From Octopus sinensis (taxonomy: Eukaryota), in assembly GCF_006345805.1 (NCBI RefSeq), contig NC_043006.1, positions 46,996,001 through 47,060,000 of the forward strand: DNA of 64,000 nucleotides. The letters are read 5' to 3'. The position numbers and the translations under genes were made by a program. The number at the start of each line of letters is the position of its first letter. The stretch's first letter is position 1. Below the pieces are notes generated by a model. The model was not told the DNA's origin and made no database searches. It saw nothing but the letters and a program-made list of their open reading frames with translations. Positions 42,552-56,051 of this stretch are shown in pieces.

Positions 42552-42802
42552 GTCTGTCTATCTATCTATGCTTATATCAATATCCACATATCCATTTATG
42601 ATGGGTATGTGGCATTTCCTGCATTCGTAGTACATTCAATTTGAAAGATTAATAGTTATATATATATATATACACAGTTATATATACCTATACATGTATG
42701 TGTGTGCGTGTGTGTGTGCTTGTGTTTATGTGTATATGTATTTCCGTGCGTATATTTGTGTGTATGCATGCTCATATGTACATATATATGTGCCTGTGAG
42801 TA

Positions 42803-42927
<125 letters not shown>

Positions 42928-44714
42928 CATATATGCTCGCACGCACAATTTTATACAACACATACACACTCGCATATACATGAGAAGTTAATGAACACGG
43001 TCTAGTTGCTTTACTCAGCATAACACGAGTGATATAAAATCTTGAGATGTTTATGAAGCAAATCAAATTTCAAATGGAAAGCCTTCGATTGAACAGAGTT
43101 ATATGGGTCGTAATAAAACTTCAAAATGGAATGTATCTACTTGGTGATAAAACTGGTTTCAATTAATAAGTTAAGCAGAAGAATTATCTCCACCCTGGAG
43201 GTACTTAATATAAGCAAGGATAAATATATTTCCAAGATACAGGGAAACATAAAATTCACTGCTAGAAAGCCCGTAGTTAATGCTATTAACACAGATTTCT
43301 TATCGTTTGATAATTTAGGCTTAGATAGTGAGTTTGTGATGGTTGATATGTCAAACTTTAAAATGCTTTCTTCATAATCAGTCATTAAAAAACATCGCTG
43401 TTCCTGCTATACGGATTTATCTGTAGTGAAACGAAATATTCTCAGGAAGGGTATTAACATATGTTACAGCAAATAATAGTGCGACACAAGCTAATCTATA
43501 TAATCAAGTGACGATAAATATAATGATTGCTTCAGATGATGATGATGATATTTAAGGGTTTACAAAACCACTGCAGGCGGTCCAATACAACAAAGTGTTG
43601 TATTAAATGCAAACGTGCAACATGTGACATAACAGAAATGAATCTTATAAGGTGAGAGAGAGCAGAGCAGTTGCAGCGTGTTAATACATTTATCATTTAT
43701 AGGTAAATACCCAGGTCCTACCGAGTGACCCGTCGAACAGAGTCCCAATCGGTTCTTATCTCTTCGACGTATCACATCATCTGCCGTCGCCATGTTGCAT
43801 ATAGTCCACTGATACGATCATGATTCCCGTTTTCACCGAAGAACAGATATAGAGAAACACAAATTCAAACAATATTTGATTAATCAAAAGGAGGATAACA
43901 CCGTAAACTGAAGGTCAATCTGATCATAAATACAAATGTCCTCTCCTGTCCTTGTCCTCCACCAATCTATATACGTACTTTCAGTTTAGGCCCATTCACT
44001 GGGTTATGCATACAATTCTCATGTATCCACTCACGGTTTCTTCTTCAAGTGAATATTGTAAACGTTGGATAGTCGAAATAAAGATGTCTATCTTTTTCAG
44101 GTTCAACATCGTCTGCAACACCATCTCTTTTGCAGAAGCTTGTAAACAAATTAATGCTTCTTTCTAACAAGAGGAAGATAGTAGGACTATTCTAGAACAG
44201 ACCGATCAGGAATGCTCGGGTGTTGCTTATATGCATGTAGAACAGTTTCGTAGACATGCACACATCTCGGTCATGTCCGGTCGATAGCGCTTCTGTACCC
44301 CTAGAGTTTATCTCGAGTCAGCATTGATAAGACTGGAATTTCAGAAATTTATCCCTAAACCCCACCGAGAAAGTATCCAGAGCAGAACAGCCAATTGATT
44401 TACATGGACGCCCAGAGTTTCCCCGGAACGTTGTCACTTTCGCTCGCCAACAATCTTCAAGAGTGCCCGACTGTGAGCGTTTGACAACATTCCAGATGCG
44501 AAGTAGAGTATTTCAGTTTTGCTTGCCCAGGACCCCGTCATTTTCCTAGTGGCGAACTCTTAAGGAACTATCCAATCCACCTAATAAACGGTGGCATTTT
44601 CTGTCCAGGAATAGCTCGGGAAGACCTAGGCTCAGGACATGTTTGCGCATGTGGAAAGATTTTTTAAAAAATGTTTCCATAGTGTATATATGTATATATA
44701 TGTATGTGCGTGTT

Positions 44715-44924
44715 TGTGTGTCTGTGTTTGTCCCCCCAACATCGCTTGACAACCGATGCTGGTGTGTTTACGTCCCCGTAACTTAGCGGTTCGCCAAAAA
44801 AGAGACCGATAAAATAAGTACTAGGCTTACAAAGAATAAATCCTGGGGTCGATTTGATCGACTAAAAGGCGGTGCTCCAGCATGGCCACAGTCACATGAC
44901 TGAAACAAGTAAAAGAGTAAAGAG
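44715..44924 (+). mobile_element. Family A SINE, 3' half
   Basis: Matches the family A tail. Confidence 0.85.
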
Positions 44925-45899
44925 TACAGTATTCAAATCCAAGGGGAATTTTCCTTGATTCTGTCTGTCTCCACTGATAAAAGGGAAAGATTTTAAGCGA
45001 ACATAAGCTTATTATATGATTTTCTTTCATATATTTAAGAAAAAACCCATCTATTTAGATATTCTTTTATTTTTATCGCTGAAAACGTCGTTTATATTAT
45101 ATCACATGTCTATCTTTGAGTTCGTTAATTTTCGTCATCTGTAACCACAAGTTCAATATCTTGTTTCTGACAGAGAAACACTACGATGTATTTCTTAAGT
45201 GTGATTAGACAGGATGAACTTCAGCTGAGTATATCTTCTTGAAGAAAACTAAACATTGATCGACAGAAAAGAAGTGCTACAAATGTCTTCTGTCATTAAA
45301 TGGAACTGTTAAAGATTCTGACAACGTTTTAATGTAATGGATAATCAAAGTGACACTCTAATTTATTTAAATTCTCTTAGCCACACACGTCGTATTTAGA
45401 AAACATATTACGAATGTTCATGTCAACTATTTTACAATATCTTAGACTATTATGGCGACCATACGTTATCAAGTATATTTTATTTTTTTATTACATTGAA
45501 GCCATACGATCTTATGATTGTATTAACAACTCCATAACAAAAATAACGATTACTTCAACGAGTTCTACTGATTTATCACGTGCGTTGAGCGACCACTTTG
45601 TCGCAGTTTCTAACTTTTGCATATGAAACGAATGTGCGTACATAGTTACTAAATGCATGCTCACAACTTTTAGTAACCCCCCCCCCAAAAAAAAATTCAA
45701 TTCTTAGGCCCAATGATTCTTCTCTTTTGTCTTTGATTTTTCTAGTTTCCGGCCGAGGGCTGCGACCATGTTGCAGCACTGCCGTTTGCCTTTCAATAAG
45801 CTTCCTCTGATGCGTGACATTTGCTTCGAGGTAGGTTCATCCGGAACTCTTGACTCTAGAGAGCCAATTTTGTTTTGAAGACGCTTATATCCATCCCAT

Positions 45900-46200
45900 G
45901 TGTGGAGGCACATGGCCTAGTGGGTAAAGCAGCGTACTCACGGTCGAGAGATCGTGGGTTCGAATCTCAGACCGGGCGATGTGTGTGTTTATGAACAAAA
46001 CACCCAAGCTCCGCGCGGCTCCGGCAGAAGGTAATGGCGAAATTCTGCTGACTCTTTCGCCACAACTTTCTCTCTCTCCTGCATCTTGCAGCTCACCTGC
46101 GACGGACCGGCGTCCCGTCCACGTAGGGAACCTATGCGCCAAAGAAACCGAGAAACCGACCCTATAAGCTAAGCGTGGCTCGAGAAGGAACAAACAACAA
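45900..46200 (+). mobile_element. Family C SINE
   Basis: TGGCCTAGTGG..GGTTCGAATC head and (CAA)n tail. Confidence 0.85.
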
Positions 46201-46317
46201 CAATATCCATCCCATGTTGATTCTCAGGCTTTGTGGGTGGATATTGAAGAGCTGTAGTACCTTGAAGCCCAAGCTGTTCTGTATCATGACGACAATGTTG
46301 GGATTTTTGGTTGCTGT

Positions 46318-46534
46318 CTTTACTCTGTTAGCTGTTTCAATCATTTGACTGTGGCCATACGAGAGCACCGCCTTTAGTCGAGTAAATCGACCCCAGACTT
46401 ATTCTCTGTAAGCCTAGCACTTATTCTATCGGTTCCTCTTGCCGAACCGCTAAGTTACGGGGACCGGGACGTAAACATACCAGCATCGGTTGTCAAGTGA
46501 TGTGGAAGGGACACAGACGTACATACATACATAC

Positions 46535-46576
<42 letters not shown>

Positions 46577-46661
46577 GCATATATATATATATATAATGCA
46601 TATATATATATATACATACATATATATATATAGATATATATATATACATAGATATATATAC

Positions 46662-46749
<88 letters not shown>

Positions 46750-46899
46750 GACGGGTTTCTTTCAGTTTCCGTCTACCAAATCCACTCACAAGGCTTTGGT
46801 CGGCCCAAGGCTATAGTAGAAGACTCTTGCCAGAGGTGCCACGCAGTGAGACTGAACCCGGAACAATGTGGTTGGTAAGCAAGCTACTTACCACACAGC
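46318..46899 (-). mobile_element. Family A SINE with expanded internal (TA)n
   Basis: Reverse complement of family A. Confidence 0.9.
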
Positions 46900-47313
46900 T
46901 GTGAAAAGTATGTTTAAAGTAAAAGAATAACGTTATATATATAGCACATTCAATATCAAGGAAGTGACATTTAGAATAACACACAGCTTATGCTGAAATG
47001 TAAATGTAAAACTCTTAGCTGTTAATTTTGGTGAATAATGTTGCCTCTAGTGGACAACAGCAAGCAAAAAAATTCAAAGAGCATTGTACATAAAGATGAT
47101 GATGCAGAAACTATCTTGCTTTTATATCTGTGAAGTAATACAGGAAAATCTTTAAATTTAAAAAAGCATCTTGTAGATATTTACGATTTATTAGTCTCAT
47201 ATGTTTTAATACGCAATATTCTATATCTGACGCTTTTGCTGCCGCAGCATTACTTGCTTTATCTATTAGAAAAATTATGGAAAAGATGACAGGTGAGAAT
47301 ATATATATATATA

Positions 47314-47345
<32 letters not shown>

Positions 47346-47505
47346 CCAATTAAGGACTGAACACGAAAGGTGGACAGTCACATGCTAGATATAGACGTCA
47401 AATCGCCATTCTCCACAAGGATTATGTTTCTCAAATAAAAATAAAATTCAGCACGACCTAAGCAATGGATGAGACAAAAGAAATATACTTTAATGGAATA
47501 ATTAC

Positions 47506-47565
47506 CTACGTACTGCGTTTTCAGCTATTAATATCACAAGGATATCTGTAGCTTCATCAGCGTAG
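47506..47565 (-). ncRNA. Type I hammerhead, mirror copy (stem III altered: GAAAACGCAGUA)
   Basis: Reverse complement of 48190-48249 except in stem/loop III. Confidence 0.7.
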
Positions 47566-48189
47566 TTTGTTATGAGCATAATATGCTGTACTAGGTGAAA
47601 AACGGTACCGGAGTCCCGCATGCAAAAAGTACAACCTATTACGTTCGATGTATCTTTCGAATGCCTCTACTTTTGGCGCGCTGATAATCGAAAACTAGCC
47701 TGCAGCCAATAATTAGCAGCAGTCAATTTATCGGTTTGAGAACATATATTTCATATTTAAAAATTAAGGGTAGAAATTGATATTAGTCAATTAAAACCAG
47801 TGGTCTAGCACATTAAAAAGAATCCGAAGATTAAAATATTCATATATACCAATTAAGGTATCTAGCATGTTGACTGTCCACCTTTTCGTGTTCAGTCCTT
47901 AATTGGTATATATAAATATTTTAATCTTCGGATTCTTTTTAATGTGCTAGACCACTGGTTTTAATTGACTAATATCAATTTCTACCCTTAATTTTTAAAT
48001 ATGAAATATATGTTCTCAACCGATAATTGACTGCTGCTAATTATTGGCTGCAGGCTAGTTTTTCGATTATCAGCGCGCCAAAAGTAGAGGCATTCGAAAG
48101 ATACATCCGAACGTAATAGGTTGTACTTTTTGCATGCGGGACTCCGGTACCGTTTTTCACCTAGTACAGCATATTATGCTCATAACAAA

Positions 48190-48249
48190 CTACGCTGATG
48201 AAGCTACAGATATCCTTGTGATATTAATAGCTGAAACTGCAGTACGTAG
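48190..48249 (+). ncRNA. Minimal type I hammerhead ribozyme with canonical core
   Basis: CUACG CUGAUGA AGCUA..UAGCU GAAAC UGCA GUA/ CGUAG; palindromic loop III; predicted cut between 48244 and 48245. Confidence 0.92.
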
Positions 48250-48531
48250 GTAATTATTCCATTTAAGTATATTTCTTTTGTCTCATCCATTGCTTTAGGT
48301 CGTGCTGAATTTTATTTTTATTTGAGAACATAATCCTTGTGGAGAATGGCGATTTGACGTCTATATCTAGCATGTTGACTGTCCACCTTTTCGTGTTCAG
48401 TCCTTAATTGGTATATATAAATATTTTAATCTTCGGATTCTTTTTAATGTGCTAGACCACTGGTTTTAATTGACTAATATCAATTTCTACCCTTAATTTT
48501 TAAATATATATATATATATATTGTATGTATG

Positions 48532-48583
<52 letters not shown>

Positions 48584-48757
48584 TTTTATATTTATATTCT
48601 TTTCCTTGTTTCAGTCATTTGATTGCAGTCATGCTGCAGCACCTTCTTTAGTCGAGCAAATCGACCCCAGAACTTATTCTTGTTAAGCATAGTACTTATT
48701 CGATCGGTGTCTTTTACCGAGATGGTAGAATACGAGGGCATAAAGACACCGACATCA

Positions 48758-50370
48758 GTTGTAGGATGCGTCACATTTGCCACAGATGATCTCATATACA
48801 ACATAGGTACTATGGCACAATTCAGGGTCAATGATGAGGCAGTTCGATAATGTGCACTCTTCAGAGTAGTGAGGTATGTTGTTTTTGGACACAGCTTTTC
48901 TCAGGGAAGGTCCAGTGTGCAATATCTGTATGGCGAGTCCTTCCCTCCAGACTGCGTGTTGTATCGCTGCAGTAGTTCTGTCATCAAAGTGTGGTGTCTT
49001 TAGGAAGCACGTGCCGGACTTCAGATTATGATGGTTCTCTCAGGATTTAGTGACCTGGATGTTCTTTAGGTCTCTGAGGAAATACTTGGTGTTAACGGCT
49101 TTGTCGGTCACGTTGCTGCAATTGTTGTTAATACCTGCAATCTCGTTTCTCATGTGTGCGGCTTTAGTTCTGGTGGGTAAGGCTGATAGGTAATGGACGA
49201 AAAGTTTTCTATTAGCGGCTTTTTTGTAGAATTTGGTAAATATTGAGTCTTCCACTATGATCTTGAATAGAAAGTCGAGTAGAGACAGGATTCCAGATTC
49301 GTCTGGGTGTTCAATCTCAAATTTGTTGTTTATGTTGGAGTTATTGAAGGTCCGGTGTATGTTAAAGGTCTCATACCTGGAGGACGTCATGATAAGAATA
49401 TCAGCAACGTACTTGGAGAAGAAGGTGCATGAACGGCAGGTATTGAATGCTGTGCGTTCTAGCTTATCCACCTACCTGATGGCCAGCAGGCCTGAAAGGC
49501 TGAATCCAATAGGTGGGCCGGAAATTTGTAAATCACACCGTTATATTGGAAATAGTTGTTACCGATTATAATGGTCAATAACTCTCGTATGTCGGGGGGT
49601 GTGAGGCCGAAGAGTTGAAGGTTGGTTGATAGGGAGGTGAGAGAAGATGAACGAAAAGGAGGAGGTTGCAGGGGAGGAAGGTGGAGCAATGAGATGTGTG
49701 TGTGTGGGGGGGGGGTGGAGATTAGGACGTGGTGTAGTCTATGAGGATATCAACGGCTCTGAGAGAAGGTACAGAGGTGTAGAGGGATACTACACCTAAA
49801 TTAAACGGGTATTTGTTAGTTTTAAGTATGGAGAGCTCGTCATTTTTGAGTCTTGTGAAGATTTCATGGGAGCTACTGACGTGTTCGGGCAATGCGTGAA
49901 AGGGTTTGAGGAGTTTAGAGACGAGCCAGCAAATCTTATAGAAAGGACCGTAAATACCTGATACTATGGGCCTAATTTGAAGCTTAGGTCCGGGTTTGTG
50001 AGTCGTTTTTATTACATGGTAGAATGGAAGGATGTTGTTTTTATATGTTTTTTAGTCTAGTCTTCTTAGAGAGATTCCTTTGATGACAGATGTTGATGTT
50101 GGTCTCCAGTTGTTGAGGTATGATGTTGTGAACCTTTTTGTATAGTGTGGTGCCACTGAGGTACTCGATAGCTAGTTTGCTTTAGGTGGGTTTGTTTATA
50201 ATGCAGAATTATTTCCCTCTGTCTGAAGGTATGTAGATGAGGTTTTTGTTTCTTAAGTTTTGCAAGGTCAGGAATTGGGATTTAGTAAGTTTGCATGATG
50301 GGGCAGGAAGTTTATCTAATATGTTAAGTATGAATTGTTTGAGTGCAGCTAATTTGCTGTTGAGTTCAGG
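48758..50370 (-). mobile_element. Penelope-like element relic (RT followed by Cys-rich linker and GIY-YIG start), catalytically dead
   Basis: Minus-strand peptides YIPSDRG, THKPGPKLQIRPIVSG, GVVSLYTSVP, NNYFQYNG, KYVADI (degenerate RYVDD), FEIEHP..LSLLD, FYKKAANRKLFVHYLSALP, CTLSNC..LCHSTYVVYEIICGKCDASY; cut off by a family A SINE tail at about 48585-48757. Confidence 0.9.
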
Positions 50371-51786
50371 GTTGAGAGGGAGAAGGTGGAGTGGGTTATT
50401 GAGGTTGTAGACGGAAATCTAAGTGTAGCAGGAGAGAAAGGAGAGGAAGAAGTAGAAGAAAAGAGATGGCGATGATGATAATGATAAAGACAGCGAATAT
50501 GACGATGGGGAAGACGTAGGGGCGATGGAGAGGGAGGAGGAGATAGGAGGTAAAATGGGTAGATGACGCCGATGACGGTGATGAAGACAGTAAAGATGAC
50601 GATGGAGAAGATGTAGATGATGGTGGGGGTAATATCGGTGATGATGTCGATAGTGAGGATATTGGCAGCGATGACTATGAGCATGAAGATGATGCGGCAG
50701 GAGAAGGGTTTACTACCACCACCACCCACACGGCCCCACCATCACCACCTAATATATCCATACCTACGACGGCTGCTGCTGCTGCTGCTGCTAACGATAA
50801 CGTGGTTACAGACCTTACTGATTCTCTCACACAAGCAGAGAAGTAACCGCTAAGCTACGGACCCAAGTTTATTCTAACATAACAAACTGGAGGTAGAAAC
50901 CAACTTCGATGTGATTTACCTTGCATTGTTTTGGTCTTAACCATGATCCTATACAATGCTTCATAGCCATTATTTCCCGCGACGTGTAATCACGGAGGTG
51001 TGAGTTCGGGTCTCATAGCCGGCCGCCAACACATTTTTTTCTGCAAAATAGGGATAGATTATCCTGTTCACGCTATATTATTAGCATTATCCTGCGTTTG
51101 AGATTTTGCAAACACTTCTTTAACTGTCTAAGAGATCTCATCTCTTCTAAAGCAAACTTCGTTTGTTTCTTTCGGTTCATCGTAATTTGAATTTATATAT
51201 ATTGCTTTTACTGTCTTGTTTTGTCCTTACTGTCCTGTTCTTGTTACCACTTTTACCCCGCCGCAAAAAGTCCCAAATTTTATTTAATTTGCTTTGCGGG
51301 AAGGACTGTTTCAACGAAGTGGCGTCTTGTCCTTACCTTACAAACGCGGAGTAGACGAAACGGGGACAACTGAAGAAGGGGAATATTCCTTGTGTTGTAT
51401 GTCTTGTACTCTGTTTTTACGTTGTTTGAAAAAAAGTTCGTTTCTATGTTTTTGTTTTTATATTTTCGTTTCTCATTGTGTTCAACTTTTGTTCATGTCC
51501 TGTACCCATATATGCATGTATATATACATATAGATGTAGGTGTGTACATATATGTATGTAAATATGCATATATTTATATATTATTTATATTATATGATAT
51601 ATATATATATATGAATGAATCTTTTCATAATTAAATCTACATGCTTTCTTCTTCCAGTCAACGATAACCACCACTAACCGGAGAGATACTTATATATAAC
51701 CATGGTACATACTTGGTACGTACTTGGTTTTCTGAGCATTCTTTACACACATAGGCTCACAAACTCTAGATACAAATATGTATATA

Positions 51787-51855
<69 letters not shown>

Positions 51856-52513
51856 ATATATATATATAATATATATATATATATATGCTTGTTTCTGCAT
51901 GAGCTTGTGAATATATATATATGTATACTATCATATATTGAATATACATATTGATGCAGGTAAGCGAAGAGAATTCTTTCATATCATTATTACTTCGGTA
52001 GACTTTTATGGTCGCTGATATAGCACGCATAAAATGCGATATATTATAATCTGCGCGTAATATAGAGAAGCGTAGCAAGCGTTTTATGACTTTCTTGATA
52101 GAAAATAATCTCATTAGTCTATTCTGACATGGTATTCATGCACGGATGAAATGACTGACGTCAAAGACTATCATAAATAACTAATATTTTAGTAGGCATT
52201 GTCTCTGAATAGAACGACAAAATCATTAATATGTGAATAGTAATGAAAAATGAGAGATCATAATATTTCTGTATTATACTAAAAGTAAAATAACATCTGG
52301 TTGTAGTAACAGTGTAATGTAGACCTTTATACAATTTTATATGTTACATGTATATAATCCCAGTATTACCAACCATATTTGGAGCAACAGTTTCTTATAC
52401 GTGTACAAAGCTGATCTTATGTTAGTATCAATTATTGAGCTCAAAATGTTGTTGATGTTATATTTATTCTTATTCCCAACAGAGTGAAATTATACACGAA
52501 TTGTTTTTAAAAA

Positions 52514-53075
52514 TAGGGTTGTTCAGAAAGTTAGTGACGATTTATAGAAGCTTACATTTATTGTAGAACATGGTTGAGTCCATAAAATAGGATTTGACTA
52601 CACTTCCATTTAGAGCACAGTTTAAGCTATCTTTCCATGGAAGAAGGTTTATGTTTGTATATCCTGTGTTAATTCTGTAACCCTTTAAAATGGAAGATAA
52701 GAAAGTTCATTTTCCGCACATGATGCTTTGGGAACAAGACCAAAATTGCTGCAGCTGGGCTGGGATCTGTTACCCCACCCTCCATATTTACCAGATATTG
52801 CTCCTTCAGATTTCCACTTATTCAGGTCTCTGAAGAATAGTCTTAATGGTAAAAATTTCAATTCCTTGGATGATGTAAAAAGATTCCTTGATAAATTCTT
52901 TGCCATGAAACCACCTGAATTCTGGGAAGAGGGTATTTTCAAGTTGAAGGAAAGAAGGAGACGCATTGTGCAACAAAATGGTTCATATTTGGTTGATTAA
53001 AAATGTAATGGCATGTATTAATTGACCTTTTTATTTCCTTTGAAAATCAGCTCGAACTTTCCGGACAAGCCAATA
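52514..53075 (+). mobile_element. Mariner (DD34D-type) internal-deletion derivative retaining both ITRs
   Basis: ITRs TAGGGTTGTTCAGAAAGTT / AACTTTCCGGACAAGCCAATA; MEDKKVHFPHMMLWE at 52690 joined directly to KLLQLGWDLLPHPPYLPDIAPSDFHLFRSL. Confidence 0.85.
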
Positions 53076-54510
53076 TTATTCGGGTTCCGACTGAATACCA
53101 GTGTTAGTACTCTGGTAGTGCGTGTGTCACTTATTAATTTTAGTTTAAATAATTCACATGTCGATAATGTAAGTGTTACTAGCGTTTGAAGGAACCTACT
53201 CCGCATTGTCTTTTTCTGCTGATCACAAAAAAAAAATTAATAAAATGGATACTTGCTCGGGTGGTAAAATGGAATATTGATTCCATAGCTAGATTTTTAA
53301 ATATATTTTATCGACTTTGTAGAGATAAAAGAGAAAGTGTATGCATGTGCGCACGAATTTTTTCTGCCATTCTTCACGTAAAGATTTTAGAAGGACTTAC
53401 GCCCGCATGTACGAACACATACACGCGCGTGAGCGCTTACACATTCATATGAAGAGTCACCACTACACAAGCATAGATATTTTGATTTATAGACAAAGAA
53501 AATTACTCACTGCACTAGCAGATAATTTTCCAAGTTTTCACACTACCGATCACATCTCTTTACTCATGAATATTTTACATATATCTTTTATATATATTAA
53601 TGTTATATTTCGATCAGTTTGCTTTCTAAGTCTTTTTAGCAACGTATTTTAGTGAAGACTGCATTCAAACGAAATATCTTATTTTCTACGATCAGACTTC
53701 CAACATTGATGCATTAATACGAGGAGAAACTGATACCTTTCCAAGTACTGCTGCCTTTCTTTGGACATTTATATTTTTATAGTAGCCATGATGAACAATT
53801 GCCATTTCTATGCTGTTTCAGATATGAGAACAAATTTCTTGATTACTCTATATTTTCATTCTGTTTCTCTATGTATTATGGAAATTTCTTTTTAAATGGT
53901 ATAAGATGTCTTCTTTAAACCATACATATTCAGCCACTCTCAACACGGACTTTTCTCCTCTCATCAACGTGTACTAAAGTTCATTTTATCTAACCTTCAG
54001 GTGCTCCCGCTTTCTTCTTCCGTAAATACATGTCTGGTTATAGACTCATTTGAGAAATTTGCTATGAATAATGGAACATTTAAATACAGTTCTGATATCA
54101 TGTATGGCACTTATAAACCGAGGGAGCACCATTTGGCTTGACGTTTACATTCTGTTTGACATCGACTTTATAACTTATATGGATGAGCTCAATTTATTAT
54201 TCAAGAATACATTTTCTGAGGAGAAGCCAATAAAACACTAGAGATATTATTTTACTTATGTTAAAATTTCCTTCCTTAAAAATTCTGTAGAAGGCGAGAT
54301 TCATATATAAAGTATTGTACACTAACAGTGTCCTCTCGATAGCCTGATATTCGCACTCATAAGAACATCGGACAATGGAAGTTTTTGTTGCACTCCCTTA
54401 CAACGATAAATAAAATTTACACTGCTTTTACACAAGATGTGATTAGCGATGTATAGCAGCCAAAACGTCAAATACGCATAGATATATACACATATACACA
54501 GGCACACAAA

Positions 54511-55792
54511 CAGGATGCGGTGAATAAATTGTCGTCCAAATCACGCAAAAATGAGATTAACATTGACACCTCATTTTAACAGATATATTTACCCAAATCA
54601 CATAATACTAAAGAGTAAATTTATTCAATAAAATCGTCATTGGCTTCGTCCGCGGCGTCCAAACGACTTCGGAATCTCCTGCAACTCTTCTGGATAGTCT
54701 CCTTATTTAGCTTGGTAAATGCTGCTATAATCTTTGCCTTCAGTTGATATTTGGTTCTACGAGGAGTTTTGTTGGTCTCTCGTTCAAATTCACCCACACA
54801 TAATAACCAGAGGAATTGCAATCTAGGGAGTTAAGTGGCCAGATGTTAGGGATGATTTGGTCAAAGAAATTGTCTGACAGCCATGACTGGGTTCTCGTGT
54901 TCGTGTGACATGGTGCAGAGTCCTTTTGCCAGACATAGAGTCTTCCAGCAGCCACCGTCTTGACTTAGGCCAGCACTACCTCCTCCAGGCATTTGATGTA
55001 GGTCTCCGCGTTGGATTTGAGGCCGTGTGGGAAGATGAACGTAAGAATTACGTCGCCATCACTAGTGATCACTCCAAATACCATGTTAACTGGATTTTTG
55101 ATTTTTATCACTTTCGGTACAATTTTTTAGGGACACGGCAAGTTAATGGTTGTTCTGTGTATTCACCATCTGATCCTGGAAGAAAATTTTCTCGTCTGAG
55201 AAAAACCAAAGCATGTTCGGTTTGAGGGGATGCTTGGGTTTGTTCAAAAGCTTCGTAGCGCAGTCTTTCCTCTTGTCCTTGATGGCTTGGGATAAAAATT
55301 GGCCCTCTCTCATTTTCTCTGAGGAGTAGCGAATGTCTTCATGCACTACCTGCTTCATAGGAAACTCAGAAACTCCCATGTTCCTGGCGATGGACCTGTT
55401 TGACTTGGAGGGATTGTTGTCAATCATGGCCTACATCATACCAACAAATTCAGGAGTTATTTTCTGTTTAGAACACTCATAGTGAATTTTTCAAACTACT
55501 GTACCTTCGTAATCACCATTAGGCTCATCCAACTCTTTCCGTATACCTTGCACTGTCCTAAGATTGACACCAAAATACTCTGAAATGTTCGTATTGGATG
55601 TTCCAGGGAGAATGGCAAGCAGTACAGTATGTTGTTACCAAGTCTCTGACTGAGTGAATTGCGTCATGGTGTTGTCTTTCTCACAGTGGGTGCCCAACAG
55701 ACCCTATTATACAGTGTAGTCGACGAGATCAAAAACAAATAATGCACATGGGCGAAATTAAGAACATGAAATGGCGACAATTTACCTATCGC

Positions 55793-55797
<5 letters not shown>
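54511..55797 (-). mobile_element. Tc1/mariner superfamily DD37D (maT-type) transposon, near full length, degenerate
   Basis: TIRs CAGGATGCGGTGAATAAATTGTCG / CGACAATTTACCTATCGCATACT; WFFSDEK, WQKDSAPCH, WPLNSLDCNSSG with 37 residues between the second D and the mutated third site. Confidence 0.88.
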
Positions 55798-55833
<36 letters not shown>

Positions 55834-55840
55834 ATATATA

Positions 55841-55882
<42 letters not shown>

Positions 55883-55986
55883 TATATATATATACAGATA
55901 TATACATATATCCTACCACACATATCTATAAATGTTCTAAAATCTACTCAGCTTTGGTTTTTTATCTCTTTACGAAAAAGATTTAC

Positions 55987-56042
<56 letters not shown>

Positions 56043-56051
56043 TGTATATAT

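Larger units (their letters stand above)
47341..48505. mobile_element. Head-to-head inverted pair of a 505 bp hammerhead-bearing unit (Penelope pLTR / retrozyme-like), (TA)n-flanked
   Basis: 47341-47858 is a reverse-complement unit; 47859-48363 is one plus-strand unit and 48364-48505 repeats its start (period 505). Confidence 0.9.

Noticed and set aside
43570-43660. CRRSNTTKCCIKCKRATC, piggyBac-like Cys-rich C-terminus
   Set aside because: Too short, with no transposase core or TIR/TTAA pair identified.
43940-44640. Coding-like relic with LRIWNV (AP-endonuclease-like start) on the minus strand
   Set aside because: A single weak motif; downstream frames are unrecognisable.
51290-51400. GAAAC..CTGAAGA and GAAACAGTC fragments
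   Set aside because: Cannot be assembled into a type I, II or III hammerhead on either strand.
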